DNA of 64,000 nucleotides from Mobula hypostoma (taxonomy: Eukaryota), in the NCBI RefSeq assembly GCF_963921235.1, contig NC_086097.1:80354001-80418000 (forward strand). The letters run 5' to 3'. How positions within the stretch are numbered: the stretch's first letter is position 1; each line of letters starts with the position of its first letter. Shown here piece after piece: positions 46,874-60,213 of the stretch. The notes beneath the pieces were generated by a model. It did not search any database, was not told the DNA's origin, and worked only from the letters and a program-made list of their open reading frames with translations. A program made the position numbers and the translations under genes.

Positions 46874-49391
46874 TAGAAACATAGAAACATAGAAAATAGG
46901 TGCAGGAGTAGGCCATTCGGCCCTTCGAGCCTGCACCGCCATTTATTATGATCATGGCTGATCATCCAACTCAGAACACCGCCCCAGCCTTCCCTCCATA
47001 CCCCCTGACCCCCGTAGCCACAAGGGCCATATCTAACTCCCTCTTAAATATAGCCAATGAACTGGCCTCAACTGTTTCCTGTGGCAGAGAATTCCACAGA
47101 TTCACCACTCTCTGTGTGAAGAAGTTTTTCCGAATCTCGGTCCTAAAAGGCTTCCCCTCTATCCTCAAACGGTGGCCCCTCGTTCTGGACTTCCCCAACA
47201 TCGGGAACAACCTTCCTGCATCTAGCCTGTCCAATCCCTTTAGGATCTTATACGTTTCTTCAGATCCCCCCTCAATCTTCTAAATTCCAACGAGTACAAG
47301 CCCAGTTCATCCAGTCTTTCTTCATATGAAAGACCTGCCATCCCAGGAATCAATCTGGTGAACCTTCTTTGTACTCCCTCTATGGCAAAGATGTCTTTCC
47401 TCAGATTAGGGGACCAAAACTGCACACAATACTCCAGGTGTGGTCTCACCAAGGCCTTGTACAACTGCAGTAGTACCTCCCTGCTCCTGTACTCGAATCC
47501 TCTCTCTATAAATGCCAGCATACCATTCGCCTTTTTCACCGCCTGCTGTACCTGCATGCCCACTTTCAATGACTGGTGTATAATGACACCCAGGTCTCGT
47601 TGCACCTCCCCTTTTCCTAATCGGCCGCCATTCAGATAATAATCTGTTTTTCTATTTTTGCCACCAAAGTGGATAACTTCACATTTATCCACATTAAATT
47701 GCATCTGCCATGAATTTGCCCACTCACCCAACCTATCCAAGTCACCCTGCATCCTCTTAGCATCCTCCTCACTGCTAACACTGCCACCCAGCTTCGTGTC
47801 ATCCGCAAACTTGGAGATGCTGCATTTAATTCCCTCATCTAAGTCATTAATATATATTGTAAACAACTGGGGTCCCAGCACTGAGCCTTGCGGTACCCCA
47901 CTAGTCACCGCCTGCCATTCTGAAAAGGTCCCGTTTATTCCCACTCTTTGCTTCCTGTCTGCTAACCAATTCTCCACCCACACCAATACCTTACACCCTA
48001 TACCGTGTGCTTTAAGTTTGCACACTAATCTCCTGTGTGGGACCTTGTCAAAAGCCTTTTGAAAATCCAAATATACCACATCCACTGGTTCTCCCCTATC
48101 CACTCTACTAGTTACATCCTCAAAAAATTCTATGAGATTTGTCAGACATGATTTTCCTTTCACAAATCCATGCTGACTTTGTCCGATCATTTCACCGCTT
48201 TCCAAATGTGCTGTTATCACATCCTTGATAACTGATTCCAGCAGTTTCCCCACCACCGACGTTAGGCTAACTGGTCTATAATTCCCCGGTTTCTCTCTCC
48301 CTCCTTTTTTAAAAAGTGGGGTTACATTAGCCACCCTCCAATCCTCAGGAACTAGTCCAGAATCTAACGAGTTTTGAAAAATTATCACTAATGCATCCAC
48401 TATTTCTTGGGCTACTTCCTTAAGCACTCTAGGATGCAGAGCATCTGGCCCTGGGGATTTATCTGCCTTCAATCCCTTCAATTTACCTAACACCACTTTC
48501 CTACTAACATGTATTTCGCTCAGTTCCTCCATCTCACTGGACCCTCTGTCCCTTACTATGTCTGGAAGATTATTTATGTCCTCCTTAGTGAAGACAGAAC
48601 CAAAGTAATTATTCAATTGGTCTGCCATGTCCTTGCTCCCCATAATCAATTCACCTGTTTCTGTCTGCAGGGGACCTACATTTGTCTTTACCAGTCTTTT
48701 CCTTTTTACATATCTATAAAAGCTTTTACAGTCCGTTTTTATGTTCCCTGCCAGTGTTCTCTCATAATCTTTTTTCCCCTTCCTAATTAAGCCCTTTGTC
48801 CTCCTCTGCTGAACTCTGAATTTCTCTCAGTCCTCAGGTGAGCCACTTTCTCTGGCTAATTTGTATGCTTCTTCTTTGGAATTGATACTATCCCTAATTT
48901 CTCTTGTCAGCCACGGGTGCACTACCTTCCTTGATTTATTCTTTTGCCAAACTGGGATGAATAATTGTTGTAGTTCATCCATGCAACCTTTAAATGCTTG
49001 CCATTGCATATCCACCGTCAATCCTTTAAGTGTCATTTGCCCGTCTATCTTAGCTAATTCACGTCTCATACCTTCAAAGTTACCCCTCTTTAAGTTCAGA
49101 ACCTTTGTTTCTGAATTAACTATGTCACTCTCCATCTTAATGAAGAATTCCACCATATTATGGTCACTCTTACCCAAGGGGCCTCTCACGACAAGATCGC
49201 TAATTAACCCTTCGTCATTGCTCAAAACCCAGTCCAGAATAGCCTGCTCTCTAGTTGGTTCCTCGACATGTTGGTTCAAAAAACCATCCCGCATACATTC
49301 CAAGAAATCCTGTTCCTCAGCACCTTTACCAATTTGGCTCACCCAGTCTACATGTAGATTGAAGTCACCCATTATAACTGCTGTTCCTTTA
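46874..49391 (-). mobile_element. Young CR1 LINE, 5'-truncated within the endonuclease, inserted in Gypsy pol
   Basis: Nearly identical to 33247-34914. EN motifs MGDFN, PTREQAILD and SDHN; (TTCTATGT)n tail at 46874-46895. Confidence 0.95.
47240..48649 (-). CDS. CR1 reverse transcriptase (ORF2 fragment)
   Basis: 469 aa with [31 protein letters not shown] and FADD. There is an upstream nonsense codon at 48827-48829 and a frameshift near 47258. Confidence 0.85.
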   Translation of the reverse strand: MIMGSKDMADQLNNYFGSVFTKEDINNLPDIVRDRGSSEMEELSEIHVSRKVVLGKLKGLKADKSPGPDALHPRVLKEVAQEIVDALVIIFQNSLDSGLVPEDWRVANVTPLFKKGGREKPGNYRPVSLTSVVGKLLESVIKDVITAHLESGEMIGQSQHGFVKGKSCLTNLIEFFEDVTSRVDRGEPVDVVYLDFQKAFDKVPHRRLVCKLKAHGIGCKVLVWVENWLADRKQRVGINGTFSEWQAVTSGVPQGSVLGPQLFTIYINDLDEGIKCSISKFADDTKLGGSVSSEEDAKRMQGDLDRLGEWANSWQMQFNVDKCEVIHFGGKNRKTDYYLNGGRLGKGEVQRDLGVIIHQSLKVGMQVQQAVKKANGMLAFIERGFEYRSREVLLQLYKALVRPHLEYCVQFWSPNLRKDIFAIEGVQRRFTRLIPGMAGLSYEERLDELGLYSLEFRRLRGDLKKRIRS

Positions 49392-50992
49392 ATGTGCTTG
49401 ACTTGTGAATGGATAGGACCAGGGCATTTGATAATACCAAACAAGTTCTTTCCAACACAACCCTCCTCAACACACCCATAGCCATTACTACTGACGCTTT
49501 AGACTATGTGCTGGGTGCTGGTCAGAGGCGTGTGGCAACTGCTTGCTTTTCAGGTGACAGCTCCATCCCACCCCCAAAAGGAAGTACAGGATGTTTGACC
49601 ATTTGACCTATCTGGCCATCTGTAATTTTCATTTTCTTCTGGAGGGTTGCCATTTCACAGCGTTCGTTGACCACAAACTCCTTGTATACATGATGGTCAA
49701 AATATCAGATCCTTGGTATGTGTGGCAGCAATGCCACCTGACCTACGTATCAGAGTTCCCAAATGATACACAATATATCAAGGGGAAAAATAATACTATG
49801 GCTGATTGCCTCTTATGGCCAGCCATTGAGACCATACACATAGGGGTTGATTATGCCAGCATGGCAATTGACCAAGATACTGACCCAGAGGTCACGGCTT
49901 AACAAACAGCGGTCATGGCCTGCGGTTGGCTGACATTAAGTTTGGGGAAGCTGTGGTTTCTCTCCTGTGCAAAGTCTCAACCAGTCACCCTCACCCCATT
50001 GTGCCATTGGCATCTTTTTAGCGATGGTTTGACAATGTCAATGTGGATCTTGTTGGACCTCTACCCTCCTACCCTGGTTTCACACATCTTCTTACGATGG
50101 TGGACCGTGCCACCATGGGGCTAGAGGCCATCTCTCTAGCACTGACGACAGCTGCAGACATGGTTTTGGCGTTCATCAGCACCTGGGTTGCTCAGTTTGG
50201 CACCCCATCCGATATTTCCCCTGACCACCGTCCCCAATTCATATCAGACCTCTGGGCTACAATGGCCCAGAACTTCAGTGTTAGGCCACATCACTCAGCA
50301 GCTTATCACCCTCAGTCCAATGGCCTAAGCAAGCAGTTTCACCACTCTCTAAAGGCAGCTCTGAGGGGCTTCCCTGATGGATGAGCGTTGCCACGATCAT
50401 CTCCCGTGGGTCCTGCTGGGGCTCAGAACAGCTCTAAAAGAGGACCTGTAGTCATCAATGGGTGAGTTAGTATACGGGCAGCCATTACGAGTGCCAGGTG
50501 ATTTTATTCTTGACGCAATAACTATCTGGTTGGCCTCCCAATTGCGTGCCACCGTCCTCAGTAATTTCAAATCCTTATCACCGATTCCTGCCTCCCATCA
50601 TGGCATACAGCACCCTTGGGTTCCTGTTGACCTACATTCTGCCGTGTTTGTTTTCATCCACTATAATGCATACCAACATCCCCCTAGGTCCCCTCACGAT
50701 GGCCCACTCCCCTTTTGGAATGAAGAGGTAAGACTTTTATCATAGATAAGAGGGGCAATCCTGAATGTGTTTCAGTAGACCATCTTAAACTGGCCCACCA
50801 AGATTTGGAGAATTCCACTACCATGCCCCTGCAGTCACGGCATGACCATAAGCATGTCAACACACCGTTGGACAAGCCAGAGGCACCTGCTGTTCCTCCA
50901 CCCATGGAACACAGGACCTGACCTGGGCAGCTCATCTGAGCTCCGGGCTGGCTCACAATGCTGGTTTCAGTGAATTTTTGATGGAGCTCCTG

Positions 50993-51202
50993 TGTAGGAT
51001 AATGCAGTTGGTGGAAATGTATGCAATTCACAACCACTGACATTGAGGTGGGGCTTACTTTCAGAGGCTGGGCTGACGTGATGCAATTACGTAAAGGACC
51101 TTTAGTGTGCTTTGTGTTCAGGTTTCAGAGCTCAATAAATGTGTCGATACAATTTCCTTAAACTTAAAAAGCCTCACGTCATTTTATTTCTGAAAACCTA
51201 CA
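50993..51202 (+). repeat. 3' LTR of the Gypsy element
   Basis: Diverged direct repeat of 44689-44901; contains AATAAA. Confidence 0.85.
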
Positions 51203-51496
51203 ACATCAACATTCTTGAGAAGGTAAAGAAAAACTGTCAGAGCATGTCAGATTCTCAATGTGTCATTTATTGTATCCTAAAGGATTTAAATACAAATGGA
51301 GTGTGGTCTGGTTAAGGTGGTAGATATCTTATACCAGGAAGAGTATCTCATATCTTTCTCATACCGGAAACAGAACATTGACCAAGAAACAGACTGCAGA
51401 AGAAATTCAATGGATCAGGCAGCAGCTTTGAAGGAAAGTGGACATTCCATGTTTTAGGTCGAGACCCTTCATCTGAAATTAACATCATCTATCTTT

Positions 51497-51745
51497 ACTT
51501 TGAGCTCTGTCACGGGAAGAGATTATCAGACAACAAAGAAGCATTTTCAAGGATATGCTCAAGGCAGAATTGTTCTGCATGAGCGCTGGGTTGAGCACAC
51601 CACCTTGTAAAGTACTGGCCCCATTTGCCATTGCCTGCCCTGTCTGGGAAGAGCCTACAGCTCCCGCATTGATCTCATCAGCCACCTCAGAACAATAAAA
51701 AAAGAAAATAAACCAATCATTCTTGATCCCAAGGATCTTGCTAAG
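51497..51745 (+). mobile_element. Old RTE (BovB-like) 3' fragment
   Basis: Remnants read as KHFQ/KDMLK and CPVW..AYSSRIDLISHLR, resembling the RTE C-terminal zinc motif. Confidence 0.5.
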
Positions 51746-52950
51746 ATGTAAAATGCTACATTGTGGGAATTCATCTCTCTCTGCCTAGCTGCTGCTGAAA
51801 TCTTGCATAAAATGAATTTATATGGTTAAGGCAGTTGATAGTGACAGATAGAATTTGCATTTATTCTTCTTTGCCAACAAAGCCACTTTCATGTTCAGTT
51901 CTTAATCTTAAACATTTGCTATTGTGATTATGTTTGTCAATGTGTGAACTGATTTGAATTTAGCAATAATGACCAGATCATCTGCTTGCTGGAATTAGTT
52001 GAAACAATGGTGATGGTGATAAAGAATATTTTATTCAAGATAACAAAAAAATCATTTAACAGAGCCATCAAGTGCTGATATGAGCTTGAATCTACAGTAG
52101 TGATCCTTGGAATTCATTGTCAGAACGATAGGTCATATCATAATTTAGCTCCTGCAGTGGAAATGAAGACACACTTTTCAGAAAGTGTCCAGGGATCTCT
52201 TGAACTGCGTATGCTTGACACTGAAAACAAAGGCGATTAAGTTTTCAATTCTTATCAGAGACAGTGGTTTCAATTTGCATAAGAACCCCACGTTGGTCCA
52301 CCCACGCAACAAAATGGAATCTTTGAAAGGCACTTTGATACACTTACACAGAGGAGGAGAGGTACAGGAATCAGCTCTGCCACTTCTTGCATGATGTGGG
52401 CTGTAAAAAGGTTTTCTGCCAATGCGTGGCTACATTTTTTTTCTGTGCTCTGGGGTCCTTCTCACTGCATTAAACATATGAAATTAATTACATTAAAGGC
52501 ATGCTTGCTAGGAGCTTCCAGGCTTTAAGAAGCAGTGCTGTTTTGTTACAATATTTTGCATTTTTTGCATAGATGAGCACTGGGATTGAAATAGTTCTGC
52601 TTGAGGATCTACTACAGCTTCCAATTTTAGACATCAACAGCTTAGAGTTGGTATAATCACAGCAATTAAACACCACTTATCACAGAAATGGAGCATCAAT
52701 ACAGCAGATATTGGGAGACATTGAAAAACATACTTCTCTCATCCACTCCTTCGGAACTGAAGAGGCAATATGAAATGATGGTGAGATGAAGGCAACCAGC
52801 ATACTGAATTCCATTTTCTAAATAATCAAGTTATAAAGCACTACAACAAATAAGTAAGTCCTTTGGCCCATCTAGTCCATTCGAACTATTATGCTGCCTA
52901 TTCCCTTCAACCTGCACTCAAACCAAAGCTTTCCCATTATCACTCATACT

Positions 52951-53986
52951 TTTGGAGGCCTGTGACTAGTGGTGTGCCACAGGGATCAGTGCTGGGTCCA
53001 TTGTTATTTGTCATCTATATCAATGATCTGGGTGATAATGTGGTAAATTGGATCAGCAAGTTTGCTGATGATACAAAGATTGGAGGTGTAGTGGACAGTG
53101 AGGAAAGTTTTCAAAGCTTGCAGAGGGATTTGGACCAGCTGGAAAAATAGGCTGAAAAATGGCAGACGGAGTTTAATACAGACAAGTGTGAGGTATTGCA
53201 CTTTGGAAGGACAAACCAAGGTAGAACATACAAGGTAAATGGTAAGGCACTGAGGAGTGCAGTGGAACAGAGGGATCTGGGAATACAGATACAAAATTCC
53301 CTAAAAGTGGCATCACAGGTAGATAGGGCTGTAAAGAGAGCTTTTGGTACATTGGCCTTTATAAATCAAAGTATTGAGTGTAAGAGCTGGAATGTTATGA
53401 TGAGGTTGTATAAGGCATTGGTGAGGCCGAATCTGGAGTATTGTGTTCAGTTTTGGTCACCAAATTACAGGAAGGATATTAATAAGCTTGAAAGAGTGCA
53501 GAGAAGGTTTACAAGGATGCTGCCGGGACTTGAGAAACTGAATTACAGAGAAAGGTTGAATAGGTTAGGACTTTATTCCCTGGAGCGTAGAAGAATGAGG
53601 GGAGATTTGATAGAGGTATATAAAATTATGATGGGTATAGATAGAGTGAATGCAAGCAAGCTTTTTCCACTGAGGCTAGGAGAGAAAAAAAAACAGAGGA
53701 AATGGGTTAAGGGTGAAGGGGGAAAAGTTTAAAGGGAACATTGGGGGGTGCTTCTTCACACAGAGAGTGGTGGGAGTGTGGAATGTGTTGCTAGATGAAG
53801 TGGTAAATATAGGCTCATTTTTAATGTCTAAGAAAAACTTGGACAGGTACACGGATGAGAGGTGTATGGAGGGAGATGGTCCAGGTGCAGGTCAGTGGGA
53901 CGAGGCAGAAAAATGGTTCGGCGCAGCCAAGAAGGGCCAAAGGGCCTGTTTCTGTGCTGTAATGTTCTATGGTTCTATGGTTCTAT
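52951..53986 (+). mobile_element. CR1 LINE 3' fragment
   Basis: [37 protein letters not shown] and [15 protein letters not shown]; (TTCTATGG)n tail. Confidence 0.92.
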
Positions 53987-54547
53987 AAATGAAGATGTGG
54001 ACTTAAGCAGTCAAGTAAACAAAAGAAGATAGAAAATTAATTTGGCTGTCTTCTTCTATTTCCCAAAGGTCTTGTTCCAATTATACAATGTTGGGAAGGA
54101 AATTAACAGAAACATAAAATTATTCTTTGTTGAGTCCAGGAAAGATCAATGAAGATAACCATCAGAGTTAAAGGATGTGGAAAAGAAGTAAATAGATCAA
54201 CATCACTTCTAGTTTTATTCTGCATTTTCCTAGATGCATGTCATGGAAAACTGCTAAATAGGCCATTTTCTAACAACCCCTCACCAACTTGCCCCATGCC
54301 AAATAACACAGGAATCACCTGTATCGATATTGATTATATTGGGGCTTTATTCGGAAAAATAAATTCTGTGGCAGAATAATTTTTTTAAAATATGAGGTTG
54401 TCTCATGAGAAGGTGTTTCTACATGTAGGAGATGTAAAAAAAAGCTAGAAGTAATATTGGAATATGTCAGTTACTAATAAATCCAATAAATAATTCAGAT
54501 GAAATTTCTTTACCTAGATAATGGTTGGAACTCACTATCAAATAGAG

Positions 54548-55660
54548 AAATGCCATCTATAAGTTTGCTGATGACACAGCTATTGCTGGCTGGATTTCAG
54601 ATGGTGACAAGGAGTCGTACAGGAGCGAGATATATCAGCTAGTCGAGTGGTGTCGCAGCAACAACCTTACACTCAATGTCAGTGACATGAAAGAATTAAT
54701 TGTGAGCCTCAAAAGGGTAAGATGAGGGAACGCACACCAGTCCTCACAGAGGGATCAGAAGCGGAGGGAGGGAGGGAACGTTGACTCAGACCATGAGAGG
54801 CCTGCATCGGGCATTTTCATGCCTCACAAGGCGCAGATTGGAAATCTGTGTGGGGCGCCACTCCTCACACAGACTAGCGCGATGTGTGATTAAGTGCCTT
54901 GCTCAAGGGCACAACACGCTGCCACAGCTGAGGCTTGAACTAGCAACCTTGTGATAACTAGATGAATGCCTTAACCACTTTGCCACGTGCCCAACACATA
55001 AGCGTTGGAAGAGTAAGTAATCAGAAGTGGAAAGAGTGAGTAATTTCAAGTTCCAGGGTGTCAAAATCTCTGAGGATCTATCCTGGGTCCAATATATCAA
55101 TGCAGTTACAAAAGAGGCAAACAGTGACTGTATTTCATTAGGCATTTGAGGAGATTTGGTGTGCCCAAAGACACTCGCAAATTACTATGCTGTGGAGAGC
55201 ATTCTAATCGGCTGCATCACTGTCTGGTATGGGAGACCACTGCACAGGATTGATACAGGCTGCAGTAAGTTATAAACTCTATCAGCCTCATCATGGGCAC
55301 TAGGTTCCATAGTATCCAGGACACCTTCAAGGAGCGATTCCTCAAAAAGGCGGCATTCATCGTTAAGGACCCCCATCACCCAGGATATGCCCTCTTCTCA
55401 TTGCTACCAGCAGGGAGGAGGTACAGGAGCCTAAAGGCAAAGGCCTAATGATTCAGGAAGAGCTTCTTCCCCTCTGCCATCAGATTTTTGAATGGACATT
55501 AAATCTATGAACACTACCTCACTACTTTTTTTGCACTACTTATTTAATTTAACTTTTTAAATTTTTATGAATATATATACTGTTTTTACTATAAGTTCAC
55601 AGTTTTTATTATCATATATTGCAATGTACTGCTGCTGCCTGACAACAATTTTCATGACAG
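54548..55660 (+). mobile_element. Rex1/Babar 3' portion, split by a SINE
   Basis: NAIYKFADDTA...WCRSNNLTLN and ERVSNFKF..VKISEDLSW remnants. Confidence 0.8.
54766..55019 (-). mobile_element. tRNA-derived SINE with (TCCC)n tail
   Basis: A-box TGGCAAAGTGG, B-box AGTTCAAGCC, core GTGCCCTTGAGCAAGGCACTTAA; TSD ATCAGAAG(C/T)GGA at 54754-54765 and 55020-55031. Confidence 0.8.
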
Positions 55661-56269
55661 CATGCTATATTCAAAAATGACATACATTTTGGTTGTCAAA
55701 GCTGAAGATCGGAGATTAAAATATATTTTAAGTTTTTAATTAAGTTTTTAACACAAAAGAAAATTGCAAAGGAGTGGAGATGCATTAACCTCGTCGAAGG
55801 CTTTGATTGATGTTAAAATATAATTTTCTCACATTTCTTGCAATAAACTTGCATTTAAGAATACTGAAATGGTGAAGTATGAATGGAAATGTAAGGGGAA
55901 AAGATGGGGCAAGGAAATAAGACCCTAAGAGATAGGAGCAGAACTAGGCCCTTTAGCTCATTGAGTCTGCTCCACCATTTCATCATGGGTGATCTGTTTT
56001 CCCTCCAACCCCGCTCTCCTGCCCTTCTCTTCATAACCCTTCATGCCATGACTAATCAAGAACCCATGAGTTTCCTCCTTAAATACACCAGTAACCTGGC
56101 CTCCACAGTTACCTGTGGCAACAAATTCCACCGATTCACCATCCTCTGACTAAAGAAATTCTTCTTCATCTTCATTCTAAATGGATGCCCTCTACCCTGA
56201 GGCTGTGCAGTTGGGTCCTAGTCACACCCACTATAGGAAACATCCTCTCCACATCCATTCTATCTAGGC

Positions 56270-59121
56270 TAGTGTTGCCCAACCTTTAGTCCAACACGCC
56301 TTGGAAGCACTTTCATACTTGCAAATTCCCTCTTAGGCATAATGTACTTTCCAGCACCCCCATAGTGTAAAAACATGTCTACCATATGCCAACAAGAGAA
56401 AACTTATTCTGCTTAAAATTTTTATTTGTCTTTGAACCTAGATTACACAGCACCTGTGTGCTATACAGCAGCTTTGATATCAATGTGATCCTTGAGCTTG
56501 ATGGTTTTTAGCAAGAGTTGGAATATCTGGTTGAAGTTGTGACAGCAAAAACCTTAAGTCCCCACACGTAACAATGTCCAAGTGGTTTCTGTTTTTTGTG
56601 AGTATGTGGTTCACTGCACTGAAGCCTCTTTCAACAAGGTAGGAGGATGGAAATGCATGGCTCTTCTCCAAAAACCAGAAAACTTCAAATGGCACTGTAG
56701 ACACATACCACAAAAGCCAACATTTTTGAAAGCAATTTTGCTCTTCATAATTCTGAATTTCGATAATTCTTTCTTGCAAGCTCTCTTCCTGTTCTTCCAC
56801 CTGAAATGGGTTAATTACCCAGTTTGGAATTTCCAGATTGCTCATATCCTTGAATTGATTCTGAAAATCCTTCTTCAGTGATGGTAGGTGTAAGCAGTAC
56901 TCTTGCAAATTACCATCTGTGAAAGTGAGTGCCAAACATTCCATTCAGGCAAACTGTGAAAATATTCTTCTCCCAATGTTTTGCTCATATATATTTACAA
57001 TTTTCTGATAAAAGTGGCACTTCACCTTTTTCCTGTATTAAATTGAAATTCTCACACTGCAATTTCATATTTAGAATGTTCATTTTGTCCTACAGATCAA
57101 CTCGGTATGACATGTCTTCACATAGAAGTGGAATCTTGTACCCCAAGCTTTTGTTGACTTTGAGCAAAAATTCAACCACAATGTCAAAAAGATCAAATAA
57201 ACATTTTAAACAACAGCTTTTTGATGACCAAAGTACTTCACTGTGAAGAAGCAAGCGTTCAAACTCTTCATCGTAATCTTCGCATAACTGGTGAAATATT
57301 CTGCTATTTAATGGATGAGCTTTAATTTTGTTGATTGCAGCTATTACAAGAGTTATGCTTGAAAAAGTCACGGCTGAGGTTTTGGCTGCAAAATATTGAC
57401 AATGAATTACTCAATGGATTACAAACAGAATTGGAATTTCTTATTTCATAAATGCCACTAAACCAGCATGGTGAACTGTCATATATGGTGCTCCATCTGT
57501 TGCTCAAGAAACCACATTCCTGATCAGAATACTTTTATCCTCAGTATACATTTTGAGCTCATTGTAGAATGATTCTCTGTTGATATTTGTTTTTAACTTT
57601 TTACGAAAGGGAATCTCTTCCTAAACTTTTCTATCTTTGATAAACCATTTTGATATGCCATTAGCAATGCCTTGTCCAGTTGACACATCCACTTGAATCC
57701 CAAATTCTGATTTCTGTAGCTCTGTGCATAGCTGATACTCAGTGTCTTCACTCATTTTGTCAACATGACGAGCTTCAGCATTATTACTCAGATGAATTGA
57801 TTTTAAAGTACTGGTATCCATTTTCAGAACAGTGGTGAGCACTTCTGACACAGCAGAGCATGTATTATTAATCTTTCACCAATTGTATGAGACTTTCCAC
57901 ACTTAGTTATCATTTTGGAAATGTTATAAAAAGCAATGAGACCACTATCAAGGTCACTTTTAGTTTTCTTAGGCAAATGACTCAAATGTGCAATACTTTT
58001 CAAATGCTTCTTTCATCAACTGGAACTCAGTAATACCATGAATAGCCTTTTCAGGGTGTCTTTTACACGAATGTTCCTGCAATCTTGATGGTCTCATGGT
58101 TTCATTAGACAGTACAGTATTACTAATAAGACACATGGGGTGTCACTGATCTGACGGAAATGGAATAAAACCATACTCCCAGGTATGTTACATTGTATTG
58201 GTGCACTTTCTATAGTTTGTTCTTTAGCTCGATTAGAATTCAAGGCATCACTGCCTTCAGACGCAGAGATTGTGCCATATGTATTTATCCATTGTTAATG
58301 GGGCTAAATTAAAATAAAAAATTAACACAAACTGGGAATGTCTATTGGATGTTGATGACAGCAGTGAGTTGACATGAATGGAACAATGGTAGTGGCACGC
58401 AAAGAAATGGGCGAGGCGCAGATGAAGATGATCACAACAGAGAAAATTACATTGACAACAATTCAGATTGGAATTTGAATGTTAGTCAGGATCGAGCTGG
58501 TGTTCGGCAAGCTACCTTTACACTATTCCAGTTGGCGCAATTGACTAATCATGTAAGGTCTCTTAATCCCCAGAGGTGGTTCTTGTCCACACATATGGAG
58601 CTGAGGTTGCTTTGAATACCTCAATAGGAATCCTCGGGGTCAGCAGGTTCACTGATTGGCTCAATTTCACTGCTCAGTTCCGGCCAGCACTGTATCATTT
58701 GCGCAACTTGTTTTCCGTAGATTTGTAGAGAAAGTTGAGAGGGTGTACTTGACTTACCAGTTGTTGAATTGTATGAACTTTTTCTGTGCTGTGAGTCAAG
58801 GGGAACTGTTGGGCACCTGGTTACTAATTTATGCATCCCCAATAATGTCTTTTTAGTTGGTAAGGTTGGCTGAGATTGCCGAGTTTCAGATCTGTTGTGA
58901 TGGTGAGTGCTCATCACCTGCAGAGCTATGGTTCTTCCTGTAATCCAGTTCCTCATCCTTTCTTTTTCGAAGTGTTTGCTCTACTAACAGTCAGTCAGGT
59001 CTCATGCCTCAAGATGGGATGCCACTTACTGTCATCCCAAGAATCTTCAATGCTCCCTGACGACTTCTATTTCCCCTAACGCCCCCTTAGGAAATGCAAC
59101 TGACCCCATTGGGAATCACTA
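56270..59121 (-). mobile_element. hAT DNA transposon, Buster/Charlie type, full length but degenerate
   Basis: Imperfect TIRs TAGTGTTGCCCAA / TTGGGAATCACTA; 8-bp TSD ATCTAGGC / ATCTAAGC (nnnTAnnn); transposase remnants. Confidence 0.9.
56480..58290 (-). pseudogene. Buster-type hAT transposase (ZBED/SCAND3-like), frameshifted
   Basis: SIHLSNN, FGIQVDVST, INKIKAHPLNSRIFHQLC, LLLHSEVLWSS and FPSSYLVERGFSAV...GDLRFLLS...HQAQGSH. Confidence 0.85.
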
Positions 59122-60213
59122 ATCTAAGCCTTTCAACATTCAATAGGTTTCAATGAGATCCCCATTTCATTCTTCTAAATTCCAGCAAGTACAGGAGCAG
59201 AGCCGTCAAATGCTTCTTATACAATAACCCTTTCATTCTTGGAATTATTCTCGTAAACCTCCTCTGAACCCTCTCCAATATCAGCACATTCTTTCTTAGA
59301 TAAGAGGCCCCAAACTGTTCACAAATACTCCAAGTGAGGCCCCATCAGTGCCTTATAGAGGCTTAACATTACGTCCTTGCTTTTATATTCTAGTCCTCTT
59401 GAAATGAATGCTAACATGGCATTTGCCTTCCTCACTACCAACTCAACCTCCAATTTGACCTTTAAGGAATCCTGCACCAGGACTCCCAAATTGCTTTGCA
59501 CCCTGGATTTTCAAATTTTCTGACCTTTTAAAAAATATTCCACGTTTTTTACCCTTCTACCAAAACACACTTCCTGACACTTTCCATGTTCCCCTTCTTT
59601 GCCCATGCTCCTAATCTAAGTTCTTCTGCAGCTTCCCTGCTTCCTCAACCCATTTTCGTATCATCTGCAAATGCATCAATTCCATCATCCAAATCTTTGA
59701 CATATAATGTAAAAAGATGCGGTCCCAGCACTAACCCCTGTGGAACACCATTAGTCACCAGCAGTCAACCAGAAAACTCTCCCTTTATTCCAACTCTTTG
59801 CCTCCTGCCAATCAGCTAATCCCCTATCCATGCTAGTATCTTTCCTGTAATACCATGACTCTTATCTTGTTAAGCAGCCTCATGTGCAGCACCTTGTCAT
59901 AGGCCTTCTGAAAATCCAAAAAGACAACATCCACCTCTATTCCTTTGTCTATCCTGCTTGATATATCTTCAAAAAATTCCAAGAGATTTGTCAGGCAAGA
60001 TTTTTCCTTAAGGAAACTATGCTGAGTTTGGCCTATTTTATCATGTGCCTCCAAGTACCCTGAGTCCTCATCCTTAACAATCAACTCCAACATCTTCCCA
60101 ACTACGAGGTCAGGTTAACTGGCCTATAATTTCCTTTCTTCTGCCTTCCTCCCTTCTTGAAGAATGGAGTGACATTTGCAAATTTCCATTCCTCTGGAAC
60201 CATGCCAGAACCT

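Larger units (their letters stand above)
44689..51202 (+). mobile_element. Old full-length Gypsy LTR retrotransposon, degenerate, with a nested CR1
   Basis: About 210-bp diverged LTRs (TGTAG...CTACA), tRNA-Trp PBS, Gag (NAVTLKL), protease (FLHDMGAQVSVLP), RT (SPWASP, CGDYR, FGLFE, GLKNAAQTFQ), RNase H (TTDA, FVDHKLL) and integrase (DLVGPLP, AYHPQSNG) in Gypsy order. Confidence 0.9.

Noticed and set aside
52273..52281. Immunoglobulin-type octamer ATTTGCAT promoter
   Set aside because: No leader or V exon and no recombination signal nearby; the 8-mer also occurs elsewhere in the window.
56480..58290. Host ZBED/SCAND3 gene
   Set aside because: Multiple frameshifts and stops, bounded by TIRs and a TSD: a dead transposon.
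58621..58956. 111-aa ORF as a cargo gene in the hAT element
   Set aside because: No motifs, and the length is within chance expectation.
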